From IMG/VR virus record IMGVR_UViG_2703718784_000012, positions 1 to 4,738 of that record: 4,738 bases of DNA; one strand, given 5' to 3'. Under the pieces are notes generated by a model. It searched no databases, was not told where the DNA came from, and saw only the letters and a program-made list of their open reading frames with translations. This document shows, in pieces, positions 1 through 4,738 of this stretch. The stretch is from a virus. Lineage: Duplodnaviria; Heunggongvirae; Uroviricota; Caudoviricetes. Every line of letters begins with the position of its first letter. Positions within the stretch are counted from its first letter, which is position 1. A program made the position numbers and the translations under genes.

Positions 1-158
1 TGAGGATGAAATAATCCCGTTCAGCGGTGTCTGCCAGTCGGGGGCCGGTTGCATTATCCACGCCGGAGGTGCCGGTGGCTTCACGCACGGTACCGTGGCA
101 GGTGGCGTTGATCCGCAGGCGCTTACGACCAGCGGCAACATCAGCACGCAGAGTTTCA
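1..158 (-). CDS. Rz1: Rz1-type o-spanin (outer-membrane lipoprotein) embedded in the +1 frame of Rz; last few codons outside the window
   Basis: ATG at 158..156 inside Rz in an alternate frame; translation MKLCVLMLPLVVSACGSTPPATVPCVKPPAPPAWIMQPAPDWQTPLNGIISSS shows a lipoprotein signal with lipobox VSAC and a proline-rich mature part, matching the remembered lambda Rz1 pattern (PPAWIMQPPPDWQTPLNGII). Confidence 0.8.
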
Positions 159-394
159 TTTTCAGCTCTCGCATCGGCTAATTCCCTCGAGTATTTTGCA
201 TCGAGCGCAGCAACATCGCGCTGGCGCACCTGCATATCAGTAATGGTTGCGTTCGCCAGCTTCAGTTCACTGGCTTTGTTATCGCGCTGCGCTTTGTAGG
301 TAATCGCGTTATCACGGTAATGGTCTGTTGCCATCCACATCGCTCCACAGGCCACCAGCAGGACAATAATCACCACACACAGAACACGGTTCAT
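1..394 (-). CDS. Rz: Rz-type i-spanin (inner-membrane spanin subunit); C-terminal end lies outside the window
   Basis: Not in the ORF track because it has no stop inside the window. Reverse complement of 2..394 translates without stop as MNRVLCVVIIVLLVACGAMWMATDHYRDNAITYKAQRDNKASELKLANATITDMQVRQRDVAALDAKYSRELADARAENETLRADVAAGRKRLRINATCHGTVREATGTSGVDNATGPRLADTAERDYFIL. N-terminal TM helix then helical periplasmic region; closely resembles lambda Rz as I remember it (HYRDNAITYKAQRD, AERDYF). ATG at 394..392 preceded by GAGGGGG SD. Confidence 0.85.
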   Translation of the reverse strand, partial: MNRVLCVVIIVLLVACGAMWMATDHYRDNAITYKAQRDNKASELKLANATITDMQVRQRDVAALDAKYSRELADARAENETLRADVAAGRKRLRINATCHGTVREATGTSGVDNATGPRLADTAERDYFIL

Positions 395-534
395 ATCCCC
401 CTCACCCCAGCATCCCCGACGAAGACAACATCATCCAGCCCAGGGAAAGAAAAATAGCAACCAGCATTAGTGAAAATGAAATGCCGACGATTACACAGAG
501 GATCTTCGCCAGCGTTATGACGCTTGTCTGACAT
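391..534 (-). CDS. Hypothetical 47-aa ORF translationally coupled to Rz (possibly only a coupling leader ORF)
   Basis: Below the size cutoff of the supplied track. ATG 534..532 preceded by AAGAGGA (541..547) with a 6-nt spacer; translation MSDKRHNAGEDPLCNRRHFIFTNAGCYFSFPGLDDVVFVGDAGVRGI; stop TGA (393..391) overlaps the Rz ATG as ATGA. Signals are good but the protein has no recognisable features. Confidence 0.3.
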   Translation of the reverse strand: MSDKRHNAGEDPLCNRRHFIFTNAGCYFSFPGLDDVVFVGDAGVRGI

Positions 535-546
535 GCTTAATCCTCT

Positions 547-729
547 TCACGATTTCAACGCAATGACCAGTTTTGCTAGTCCATACAGCATCGGAGACAC
601 AGCAATACCGACCGCCACCCACTTAATAGCAAAAGCCAGCGCTCTGCTGATGTCATCAGTTACAGGCGCTTTCAGTTCAAGGCCGTTTTTCATAGTCAAC
701 CTCAACAGAATTCGTTTATACTTTTCCAT
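547..729 (-). CDS. Hypothetical 60-aa protein with basic N-terminus and one C-terminal hydrophobic helix
   Basis: Track ORF 547..762 starts at a GTG inside the terminator hairpin with no SD. The internal ATG at 729..727 has AGGGAG 3-4 nt upstream, giving MEKYKRILLRLTMKNGLELKAPVTDDISRALAFAIKWVAVGIAVSPMLYGLAKLVIALKS. No family recognised. Confidence 0.45.
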   Translation of the reverse strand: MEKYKRILLRLTMKNGLELKAPVTDDISRALAFAIKWVAVGIAVSPMLYGLAKLVIALKS

Positions 730-762
730 GTTCTCCCTTGCCTTATCCAAGGTCAGAAACAC

Positions 763-803
763 AAAACCCCGCTTGCTGCCAACAAACGGGGTTTTTACTT
801 TTA
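763..803. terminator. Bidirectional intrinsic-terminator-like hairpin between endolysin and downstream small ORFs
   Basis: Stem 767..775 CCCCGCTTG pairs with 783..791 CAAACGGGG (one mismatch), 7-nt loop; flanked by AAAA (763..766) and TTTTTACTTTT (792..802), so a U-tract follows the hairpin on both strands. Confidence 0.5.
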
Positions 804-885
804 TTCACTTAGGTTTTGCCAGTTCGCAGGATTTCGTGTTATCCGTCCGCGTTGGCCAACGTCATTTTTCAGCAAAATATTCTGC

Positions 886-1419
886 TTATCTGTCGATTCC
901 CCAGCACGCCAGCGCGCTCTCCTGGTCACGACGGGATATCTGGCCGTAACAGTTGTTTGAGCGGATACGGCAGTCTCTGCCACCGTCCTTAATCCACCAG
1001 CGAATCGCTTCACACGCTCCCCTGCGATCGCCTGCATTAATTCGTTTATAAAACGTCGACGGGAAACACTTACCGGGGCCAATGTTATACGGGCAGAATG
1101 ACGCGATCCCCGCTTTCTGGGGTTCAGTCAGTGGCACCCGGATGTTTTTCTCCACCCATGCCAGCGCCTTATCACGCTCAATGGCGTTAACCTGGTCGCA
1201 TTTTTTCTTCGACAACTTCATGCCCGGGACGACAGGTTTGCCATCCACCCTGGTGGCACCACGACAAATGGTCCAGATCCCCGCACCATCACGGTATGCC
1301 GTGGTGTGGTTACCTTCTTTTTCATCCAGAAACTGGTCGAGAATATCAGGCGCAGGCGCCCCTGCGGCAATCAGCGCCAGAACGGCAGCCGACAGGCCGT
1401 ATTTGATTTTGGTGTTCAT
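886..1419 (-). CDS. R: SAR endolysin (signal-anchor-release lysozyme, T4-lysozyme-like glycoside hydrolase)
   Basis: 177-aa ORF MNTKIKYGLSAAVLALIAAGAPAPDILDQFLDEKEGNHTTAYRDGAGIWTICRG. Weakly hydrophobic Gly/Ala-rich N-terminal segment typical of a SAR domain, then E35-x8-D44-x5-T50, the catalytic triad spacing of phage 21 R21-type lysozymes as I recall it. Partnered with a pinholin upstream, as expected for this lysis type. No canonical SD upstream of ATG 1419. Confidence 0.9.
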   Translation of the reverse strand: MNTKIKYGLSAAVLALIAAGAPAPDILDQFLDEKEGNHTTAYRDGAGIWTICRGATRVDGKPVVPGMKLSKKKCDQVNAIERDKALAWVEKNIRVPLTEPQKAGIASFCPYNIGPGKCFPSTFYKRINAGDRRGACEAIRWWIKDGGRDCRIRSNNCYGQISRRDQESALACWGIDR

Positions 1420-1549
1420 GGATATTTATCAGGATTTATCGGTTCCGAATCCCTGGATATGTTAAGCCTTCACCCCACCAGTGGTGGGCACTGGCGGGTT
1501 CTTAATTTCCCCGGATGATCGTGGATTACATTCCACCAGGAGATTACTT

Positions 1550-2182
1550 ATGCTTATCTATCCAGCGGCAGACCTCCGTTTACAGGGACGCAGAGCACAA
1601 CCATGGGATAAAACAACCACTCATAAATATCGTCCCGGTCAATATTATGACTTTCGTAAACACCCGGAACTGATCGAGACACACCTTGAGGATTTTGTTG
1701 AATATTCAGACAGACAAGCGATTCAGACCTTTTTTTCTTTTGTTAAGTGGATCAACAGCAATTCATCTGCATTCGAGAGCACGGACTGCATGTTTTCAGG
1801 AACACCAAAGGTTGATGAATACGCCCCGGTATTTGGTTGCACCCATGCGTCATCTGGCCGCTTCGAATTTTTGTTTCGCGATACGAAAATAAACCAAAAT
1901 GAGCGAGCTGTCGGATGGGTACTTAACAAACTATCGCTCTACCTTCAGAAAGAACGGCCCGATTTTTGTAAAGGAACCTTTGGCATCGTTCCCCTCATGA
2001 CGGAATATACCGACTCCGGCAGTAACGAGTTCACCGGTTATCGTATTTGTGTCTATTTCGATGCTTACGGGAATGGAACAGAGGATACCTGGACTTCTCT
2101 CAACATCATGTTTGATGGCCTCATGAAAGCCACCAAAAGAATGAGCAATGAAACAATCACTGGCGAGATGCGTCCCCTTTAA
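1550..2182 (+). CDS. Hypothetical ~210-aa protein, opposite strand to the lysis genes (moron-like cargo)
   Basis: ORF open from 1481; ATG at 1550 chosen because AGGAG (1538..1542) sits 7 nt upstream. Stop TAA 2180..2182 is followed 26 nt later by a hairpin plus T7. Sampled 60-nt blocks are about 35-45% GC versus about 55% in the endolysin. No motif I can assign. The 3' 252 nt overlap minus ORF 1931..2722 in the codon-aligned antisense frame, so one of the two may be a shadow. Confidence 0.5.
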   Translation: MLIYPAADLRLQGRRAQPWDKTTTHKYRPGQYYDFRKHPELIETHLEDFVEYSDRQAIQTFFSFVKWINSNSSAFESTDCMFSGTPKVDEYAPVFGCTHASSGRFEFLFRDTKINQNERAVGWVLNKLSLYLQKERPDFCKGTFGIVPLMTEYTDSGSNEFTGYRICVYFDAYGNGTEDTWTSLNIMFDGLMKATKRMSNETITGEMRPL

Positions 2183-2722
2183 AAAATTATCCAGAATTTC
2201 ACTATTTGCAGAGCGCTCTCTGTTTTTTTGAATACGGAAACACTCTGCGAGATTTCTGCTCATCACTTTCCGGCAATAATCGTAAAACGCCGCGAACTGC
2301 TCATCACGGCGTTTTTTTTCACCTTCGGAAGGGATCTGCACCGACAGTTTTTTATTCAGTTCAACGACGCTGTTCTCCAGTTTTTCAATGCGTGATTCGA
2401 TATCATCTTTTTCTGACTGTATCGTGTTATATGCATTGTTAATTTGTATGGTATACCGCTCTTCTGAACAAAGGCGCTTTTCCGGCAACGGTTCGTTCCC
2501 TTCACATAACCCGGCAGCAATATCCATGAAAAACTGCTTCGCCTTCTTTTTCGCCTCAGCTTCGTAAAACTCCAGCGGGGCACCTTCAACACGATCAAGA
2601 TCAATCACCACATTTGGCAACAACAGTGACGTATACCCACCAGTTTCCAGCGCCACAGTAACAGTAATCTTATCCGGGTAAATATTTATCCCTTTAACAA
2701 CCAGTTCGTATTGTTTATTCAT
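1931..2722 (-). CDS. Hypothetical 263-aa protein translationally coupled to the pinholin; central coiled-coil-like segment
   Basis: ATG 2722..2720 lies 3 nt after the holin stop TAG (2728..2726); SD GGAG at 2734..2731 with 8-nt spacer lies inside the holin 3' end. Translation MNKQYELVVKGINIYPDKITVTVALETGGYTSLLLPNVVIDLDRVEGAP..., heptad-like middle (DIESRIEKLENSVVELNKKL). The C-terminal 84 codons are antisense to the plus-strand ORF 1550..2182. No family recognised. Confidence 0.5.
   Translation of the reverse strand: MNKQYELVVKGINIYPDKITVTVALETGGYTSLLLPNVVIDLDRVEGAPLEFYEAEAKKKAKQFFMDIAAGLCEGNEPLPEKRLCSEERYTIQINNAYNTIQSEKDDIESRIEKLENSVVELNKKLSVQIPSEGEKKRRDEQFAAFYDYCRKVMSRNLAECFRIQKNRERSANSEILDNFLKGTHLASDCFIAHSFGGFHEAIKHDVERSPGILCSIPVSIEIDTNTITGELVTAGVGIFRHEGNDAKGSFTKIGPFFLKVER
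2208..2229 (+). terminator. Intrinsic-terminator-like hairpin plus T7 after the plus-strand cargo ORF
   Basis: CAGAG (2209..2213), loop CGCT, CTCTG (2218..2222), then TTTTTTT (2223..2229). Short 5-bp stem, so moderate at best. It lies inside the minus-strand 263-aa ORF. Confidence 0.4.
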
Positions 2723-2725
2723 CGT

Positions 2726-2941
2726 CTACTCTCCCCGCGCCGCCTTACGCCGGTCTTCTTTAATTTTGAAATACAGGTTCGTCAGATATGTCAGCAGACC
2801 AAACAGCAGACTCCCCAGCACGCCTATTGCCGCCCACTGAGACGGGGAAACCCTGTCCAGCAACTGCAGGAACCAGTAGCCCGTTCCCACCGCTGACGTG
2901 GTGTATGACACACCTGTTGTGATTTTTTCCATCTGGTACAT
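2726..2941 (-). CDS. S: Pinholin, phage 21 S21-type class II holin with dual-start (antiholin/holin) motif
   Basis: 71 aa [71 protein letters not shown]: two TM segments (first Gly/Ser/Thr-rich), charged C-terminus, Met1 and Met4 as alternative starts. Very close to my memory of S21 ([36 protein letters not shown]). SD GGGAG (2953..2949) 7 nt upstream of ATG 2941. Confidence 0.9.
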   Translation of the reverse strand: MYQMEKITTGVSYTTSAVGTGYWFLQLLDRVSPSQWAAIGVLGSLLFGLLTYLTNLYFKIKEDRRKAARGE

Positions 2942-3016
2942 ACCCCGTCTCCCGCAATCCGGAAGCTCACAACAACAAGTGGGGCATCAGCTCACACCGA
3001 CACCCCCTGCGCATGG

Positions 3017-3286
3017 TTACATCATCATTTCGCCGTCAGGCTGAGGCTCTTCACTACCGTCAGGCTGAGACCCGACGCCATCTGAAACAGCACTGTCATC
3101 CGCAATGCCTTCCGGCTCCGGAACAGTCGGTGCGCCCAGCAGTTCATCCAGAATGGCATCCACTTCTGCATCAAGACGCGCCTCAAGGTTCTGCCGAAGT
3201 TGCTGTTTCAGTGCGCTTCTGACTTCTTCAGAGCGCAGGACTTCCTTCACTGCCTCAGCAGTGACCAGCGATTTTATTTCTGACAT
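3017..3286 (-). CDS. Hypothetical 89-aa acidic helical protein
   Basis: Track ORF 3017..3439; the N-terminal extension would overlap the upstream small ORF and looks non-protein-like. Internal ATG at 3286..3284 gives MSEIKSLVTAEAVKEVLRSEEVRSALKQQLRQNLEARLDAEVDAILDELLGAPTVPEPEGIADDSAVSDGVGSQPDGSEEPQPDGEMMM; weak SD (GAGAAAA). No family recognised. Confidence 0.5.
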   Translation of the reverse strand: MSEIKSLVTAEAVKEVLRSEEVRSALKQQLRQNLEARLDAEVDAILDELLGAPTVPEPEGIADDSAVSDGVGSQPDGSEEPQPDGEMMM

Positions 3287-3311
3287 AGGATTTTCTCGTT
3301 GAAAGGGGTTA

Positions 3312-3506
3312 TTAAGAAGGTTGTTCCGGAATGAGTGGGGCTTCTGTTTTTGCTCCGGCTGACTGACTGGCGCTGATTTTCTCTGCGGCCCTTTTATCAA
3401 TCTGCCTGCGCCAGGAATCGCGCACTGCCCTGTACCCACCCGAAAGAAGATACAGCACGCATACCACCGTACAGAAGTACAGCATCACCTGATGAACAAA
3501 TGTCAT
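3312..3506 (-). CDS. Hypothetical 64-aa small membrane protein
   Basis: MTFVHQVMLYFCTVVCVLYLLSGGYRAVRDSWRRQIDKRAAEKISASQSAGAKTEAPLIPEQPS: one N-terminal TM helix then a basic tail. Weak SD. An alternative overlapping ORF (3397..3579) cannot be excluded. Confidence 0.4.
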   Translation of the reverse strand: MTFVHQVMLYFCTVVCVLYLLSGGYRAVRDSWRRQIDKRAAEKISASQSAGAKTEAPLIPEQPS

Positions 3507-3524
3507 AGTTTCTTACCGTTATGG

Positions 3525-3554
3525 TTGACTCTGGAAGCAGTTTTCGTTTAAAAA
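3525..3554 (+). promoter_or_regulatory. Weak sigma70-like promoter candidate on the plus strand
   Basis: TTGACT (3525..3530), 18-nt spacer, TAAAAA (3549..3554). The -35 is near consensus but the -10 lacks the conserved final T, so this is weak. Confidence 0.15.
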
Positions 3555-3609
3555 ATACCAGTGACGAAAGTGATATCATCTTTCCCTGATTCTCACCATG
3601 AATCTCACA

Positions 3610-3645
3610 CCGCCAGGGGTTTCAGGCCAGCTGGCGGTTTTTTTT
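3610..3645 (+). terminator. GC-rich hairpin followed by T8 (plus-strand intrinsic-terminator-like element)
   Basis: CCGCCAG (3610..3616) can pair with CTGGCGG (3631..3637); an internal 10-nt palindrome GCCAGCTGGC (3626..3635) offers an alternative stem; followed by TTTTTTTT (3638..3645). On the minus strand the hairpin is preceded by A8 and not followed by a U-tract, so it is oriented for plus-strand transcripts only. Confidence 0.45.
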
Positions 3646-3650
3646 GCCGG

Positions 3651-4738
3651 TTATGCTGATTCCCGGTTTTCGTTAACTTTGACTGTGACCGTATCAAGCA
3701 GTACCGGATACGTCGCTTTTGCCCCCGTGATATCTGTCAGCGTCAGCGTATCTGCTGTAAAGCCATCATTTGTCCACATCACAAGGTCAAATGCCGTCTG
3801 CTCTGCACCATCAATCACCGGAACAACTCTTTCGCTGTTATTTCCCGCAAAGCGGAAAACAACCGTATGCCAGTTATGGTCAAACGTACCAAATGTACCC
3901 AGTTGTGCATTCGAGGAGCCCTTCTGGTGCATCAGATTAAGATTTGATGTATCCGTCTGAAGGAAGAATGATGCCAGCATACTGTTTGCTGTCGCGCCTG
4001 ACGCCCACTGCGACACCGGCCAGTAGATACCAAAGACAAACTGTCCGTTCACCAGCTCGCTTCCATCCGGAATTTTGAACCGTACGGCAATTTCCCCCCC
4101 CTTGCTGAGAAGATTTTTTGCCTCCTCCACTGCAATAGTACGGAACATTTTCCAGGACGTCAGTTTACCGGGCTGTTTTTCCAGTCGCAGCGCTTTCCGT
4201 CCACCGTCATCAGTCACAGTGCCTTTGCCGCCGGAAGCGCCCCACTGCTGCTCTGTCAATGCACCATTTCCACTGTTCGCATCATATTCAGCCACCGTCC
4301 TGGTACTGCTCACGGCCTCATCATGACCAGTACCAGCAACACCGCCATCCTGCGGTTTCTCAACATCCGGTGTCCCCGGACTGACAGGCGTTGTACCACC
4401 CGACTGCGGTGCGCTCTGCCCGGTAAGGAACGATAATGTCCGCCCGGCGTACTGCAAAATGGCACCTGCCAGGCGGTCTGAAACAAGGCCTCTTCGCGCC
4501 CATGAACTGAAGTGCGTTTTACGATCGGCTGCCGTCCAGTTACTGGCAGTGCGTGACGCAGCGCCATAGTATCCCGCCGGGATAATGTCCGGATCTTCTG
4601 ACGGCTCGTTTGTCGGCACATTCACACCATGCTCATCCGTCATCAACGGCACAAAGTGAATATTCTGCGCAGCTTTTCCTTTATACCCACCGTAAACCGC
4701 CTCATACGGCACTGCATACCTTTCCTTCCAGTAGTACG
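3651..4738 (-). CDS. Large hypothetical protein, 3' portion only (ORF continues upstream beyond the window end)
   Basis: Track ORF 3651..4712 starts at a GTG, but the frame stays open to the window edge (upstream codons read YYWKERYA), so the true start is outside. Stop TAA at 3653..3651. Has a Gly/Ser/Thr/Pro-rich linker (GQSAPQSGGTTPVSPGTPDVEKPQDGGVAGTGHDE) between two globular-looking parts. It occupies the slot upstream of the holin where Stx phages carry stx and a large esterase-like ORF, but I see no diagnostic motif. Confidence 0.7.
   Translation of the reverse strand, partial: YYWKERYAVPYEAVYGGYKGKAAQNIHFVPLMTDEHGVNVPTNEPSEDPDIIPAGYYGAASRTASNWTAADRKTHFSSWARRGLVSDRLAGAILQYAGRTLSFLTGQSAPQSGGTTPVSPGTPDVEKPQDGGVAGTGHDEAVSSTRTVAEYDANSGNGALTEQQWGASGGKGTVTDDGGRKALRLEKQPGKLTSWKMFRTIAVEEAKNLLSKGGEIAVRFKIPDGSELVNGQFVFGIYWPVSQWASGATANSMLASFFLQTDTSNLNLMHQKGSSNAQLGTFGTFDHNWHTVVFRFAGNNSERVVPVIDGAEQTAFDLVMWTNDGFTADTLTLTDITGAKATYPVLLDTVTVKVNENRESA

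Noticed and set aside
27-299. Plus-strand 90-aa ORF
   Set aside because: Lies antisense within Rz/Rz1, which has a clear family-level translation; Arg/Ser/Ala-rich low-complexity product typical of a shadow ORF.
524-949. Plus-strand 141-aa ORF
   Set aside because: Runs through the terminator hairpin and overlaps the small minus ORF and the endolysin 3' end; low-complexity translation; no SD.
801-1465. Minus 93-aa ORF (801..1082) and plus 127-aa ORF (1082..1465)
   Set aside because: Both overlap the endolysin gene out of frame or antisense; the endolysin reading is strongly supported by its catalytic motif.
1306-1518. Plus 70-aa ORF
   Set aside because: Overlaps the endolysin 5' end antisense and crosses the intergenic hairpin; Arg-rich low-complexity product.
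1686-1929. Plus 68-aa ORF (1686..1892) and minus 68-aa ORF (1723..1929)
   Set aside because: Embedded in alternative frames of the plus-strand cargo ORF 1550..2182; no independent start signals.
2206-2604. Plus 78-aa ORF (2206..2442) and minus 82-aa ORF (2356..2604)
   Set aside because: Alternative-frame ORFs inside the 263-aa minus ORF; Arg/Lys-rich or low-complexity products.
2711-2957. Plus 61-aa ORF (2711..2896) and minus 65-aa ORF (2760..2957)
   Set aside because: Overlap the pinholin gene, whose reading frame is supported by family-level similarity and a good SD.
3013-3302. Plus ORFs 3013..3222 and 3105..3302
   Set aside because: Antisense to the acidic 89-aa ORF; Ser/Arg/Ala-rich shadow-type translations.
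3287-3439. N-terminal extension of track ORF 3017..3439
   Set aside because: The extension would overlap the upstream 64-aa ORF in another frame and reads as non-protein-like; the internal ATG at 3286 with a separate SD is more parsimonious.
3397-3579. Minus 60-aa ORF overlapping the 64-aa membrane ORF
   Set aside because: Has a modest SD (GGGAA) so not impossible, but it overlaps 3312..3506 in a different frame and its product lacks clear features; kept as an unresolved alternative rather than a feature.
3598-4621. Plus ORFs 3598..3960 and 4075..4326, minus ORF 4310..4621
   Set aside because: All lie within the large minus-strand ORF in other frames; translations are Ser/Val/Thr- or Arg-rich low complexity.
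1-4738. Searched for CRISPR repeats, tRNA/rRNA genes, Q antiterminator, stx genes, integrase or transposase
   Set aside because: No regularly spaced repeats, no tRNA-like conserved arms, and no ORF resembling these; the late promoter and Q presumably lie beyond the window end.

Overview
This window reads as the lysis region of a lambdoid (phage 21 / Stx-phage-like) enterobacterial prophage, with every convincing gene on the minus strand. From high to low coordinate: the 3' ~360 codons of a large ORF that continues past the window end (3651..>4738); a 144-bp gap with a GC hairpin plus T8; two small ORFs (64-aa membrane, 89-aa acidic); a 71-aa S21-type pinholin (2941..2726); a 1.3-kb AT-richer insertion with two convergent, partly overlapping ORFs of no family I recognise (minus 2722..1931, plus 1550..2182); a SAR endolysin (1419..886); a bidirectional hairpin terminator; two tiny SD-preceded ORFs; and Rz with embedded Rz1 (394..<1, cut by the window start). 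Rz, Rz1 and the large ORF are absent or mis-bounded in the supplied track because they run off the window edges. I saw no rRNA, tRNA, CRISPR array, integrase or transposase. The main candidate for something undescribed is the cargo wedged between holin and endolysin, where these two genes are normally adjacent. All family calls come from reading translations against remembered motifs; no database search was run, and coordinates of hairpins and SD sites were counted by hand.
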